From Candidatus Latescibacterota bacterium (GTDB lineage: Bacteria; Latescibacterota; UBA2968; UBA8231): DNA of 64,000 nucleotides. The stretch spans positions 672,001 through 736,000 of the forward strand of contig CBDETK010000013.1 of assembly GCA_965242865.1 (NCBI GenBank). The letters run 5' to 3'. A program made the translations under genes and the position numbers. The notes beneath the pieces were generated by a model. It saw only the letters and a program-made list of their open reading frames with translations, was not told the origin of the DNA and did not search any database. How positions within the stretch are numbered: position 1 is the stretch's first letter; every line of letters starts with the position of its first letter. This document shows positions 62,101 through 64,000 of the stretch, one piece after another.

Positions 62101-64000
62101 GCTGCACTTCCGCAACAAGCCCGATTACGAGACCCAGGACGACTACCAAGTCAGCGTGCAGGTCTCCGACGGGTCGCTATCGGACAGCCAGTCGGTCTCG
62201 GTGTCGGTCTCCGATATAAATGACGCCCCGAAGTTGTCGTGTACGGCGAACTCGGTGCGCGAAAACACCACCGATACGGCGGGCACATGCACCGCCAGTG
62301 ATGAGGATGGCGACGCGCTGACTTGGAGCGTGACGGGGACGGAGGCCAGTGCGTTTGAGTTGAAGACGCCGACGCCGCAGGGGACGAACCCATCGCGGAC
62401 GCTGCATTTTCGCAGCAAGCCCAATTACGAGGCCAAGAGCAGCTACCCCGTTACGGTGTCGGTCTCCGACGGGTCACGGGCGACGAGTCAATCGCTCACG
62501 GTGTCGGTCACCAATGCGGACGATGCGGGCAGCGTAACTCTGGCTCCAGACCCCCCCCAAGTCGGCCAGAAGCTCATCGCCACGCTCAAAGACGACGATG
62601 GGCGGGTCGTGGTGACTCGGTGGGCTTGGGAGCGGTTTCCCGAACCCTTTGGCGCGACGGGCGCGTCAGGGCTGGCCACGGGCGAGTACACGCCAGCGGC
62701 CGGGGAGGTCGGCCAGTATGTGCGGGTAACGGCCTATTATACCGATGGGCACGGGGAGAACAAGCAGGCGCAGAGCGCGCAAACCGCGGCGATTGTGGAT
62801 GTGCCGGGGGCCCCGCGGGACGTTACGGCATCGGCCGGCGACGGGCAGGTGGCGTTGAGTTGGAAGGCCCCGTTGTCGGATGGGGGGTCGAAGATTACCG
62901 GCTACCAGTACCGCCACAAGGCGGCGGGCGGCAGCTACGCTGGGTGGTCCACCACCACCACCACGAGCGCGACGGTGCGTAGCCTGACCAATGGCACAGA
63001 GTACACCTTTGCGGTGCGGGCGGTCAATGGCTACGGCGACGGGCGAGTGGCTACCGACACGGCCACGCCCCAGTCAAGCAACCGGGCCCCCTCGGTGTCG
63101 TGTACAGTACACTCGGTGGCCGAAAACAAGACCGGCACGGCGGGTTCCTGCACGGCCAGCGACCCGGAAGGCAACGCGCTGAGTTGGAGCGTGACGGGCA
63201 CGGATGCCGGTTCCTTCCAATTGACGGGCACGGGCACGTCGCGCACCCTCCACTTGGGGAGTAAAGCTAATTACGAAGCCAAGAAGCGCTACCAAGTCAG
63301 GGTGCGCGTCTCCGATGGCTCACTGTCGGATAGCGAAGCGCTCACCGTGTCGATTACCAATGCGGAGGAGGCGGGTTCGGTGGCGCTGTCTCCGGCCGTG
63401 CCGCGGGTGGGCAGGCTACTGACCGCGACGCTTACCGACCCTGATGGGGTGACAGGGTCTCCGTTGTGGGCTTGGACGCCCCTCGGCCCATCCGGGGCCG
63501 ACGACGACGATGCCGCCGAGCCTCCGGCGGTGTCTGGGGCCAATGGCTCCGCCACGAGCACCTACACCCCCACCACGGCCGGCGTTCGGATGCAGGCGAC
63601 CGCGTTCTATACCGACGGCCATGGCCCCAACAAACGGGCGCACGGAACGTCGGGGGCTGCCATCGACAAACCGGGGCCGCCGGGTGCCCTGTCGGCGCGG
63701 CCGGGCAACATCTACACGCGCGTAGATTTGAGTTGGACCGCGGCGGCGGCCAATGGTTCACCGATTACGGACTATCAGTATCGCTATAAGCGGAACGGCA
63801 CCAGCCGGTGGTCGGGTTGGTCGAGTGCAGGGACGGGAACCAGTTACACGGTATCCGGCCTCACGTCCAATACGGACTACAACTTTGAGGTGCGGGCGGT
63901 CAACGCGGTGGGGAGTGGGTCGGCCGCGTCGGCTACGGGTCGGTCGCGAGCCGAGGACGAGGACGAAGAAGAAACCGAGGACGAGGACGAAGAAGAAACC
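56118..64000 (+). CDS. Large secreted protein 5: glycoside-hydrolase-like TIM-barrel head, beta-helix, cadherin/Fn3 stalk; one frameshift; runs off the window
   Basis: Signal peptide; IDGEPFFALGVY, WNSLDEP, DIIAMDIYP, QVLQSW, EVRFQAYDAIINGAAGLLWF. One base is missing near 57510; the frame starting at 57512 (TSSTATHS...DPYQVHVY...TWSGTVRVSGD) was open at every spot checked to 64000 and has no entry in the ORF track. Confidence 0.75.
58899..61889 (+). repeat. ~3-kb cadherin/Fn3 stalk repeat, copy 4
   Basis: Near-identical to the other copies; the only one that continues in frame into further cadherin/Fn3 domains. Confidence 0.9.
63953..64000 (+). repeat. 24-bp tandem repeat encoding acidic EDEDEEET (at least 2 copies)
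   Basis: GAGGACGAGGACGAAGAAGAAACC x2 at the window end. Confidence 0.85.

Noticed and set aside
23554-64000. Integron cassette array
   Set aside because: No integrase and no recurring attC with RYYYAAC/GTTRRRY ends; genes are translationally coupled rather than separated by sites.

Overview
GC-rich Gram-negative bacterial DNA. The protein families (DUF6785-like transporter, FlgD/CHU_C-tailed proteins, many SWG-x-[IL]K-tailed proteins, Fn3/cadherin giants) suggest an FCB-related lineage such as Latescibacterota, possibly a marine-sponge symbiont; this is inference only. The first 23 kb holds mostly housekeeping and transport genes: trkA, rhaM, cfa, peptide and sugar ABC components, a methyltransferase-HNH plus FRG pair, vapBC and a Cas4-like nuclease. 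From about 23.5 kb to the window end lies an all-plus-strand array of secreted-protein cassettes. Five large genes carry exchangeable N-terminal heads (one Vps62/NPP1-like, three M6-type zinc metalloproteases, one glycoside-hydrolase-like); four of them join the head to a near-identical ~3-kb cadherin/Fn3 stalk, and the fifth has lost its stalk. Each large gene sits directly behind a small secreted partner gene, usually ending in SWG-x-[ILV]K. The array is full of deletion scars, gene fragments and chimeric paralogs, and includes a 4-copy tandem of loop-variable beta-helix genes. Short collagen-like Gly-X-Y loops recur in unrelated proteins, including just after the putative Cys-switch of two proteases. 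Every large gene is interrupted, by real decay, phase variation or read errors. No rRNA, tRNA, CRISPR array, transposase, integrase or reverse transcriptase was recognised.
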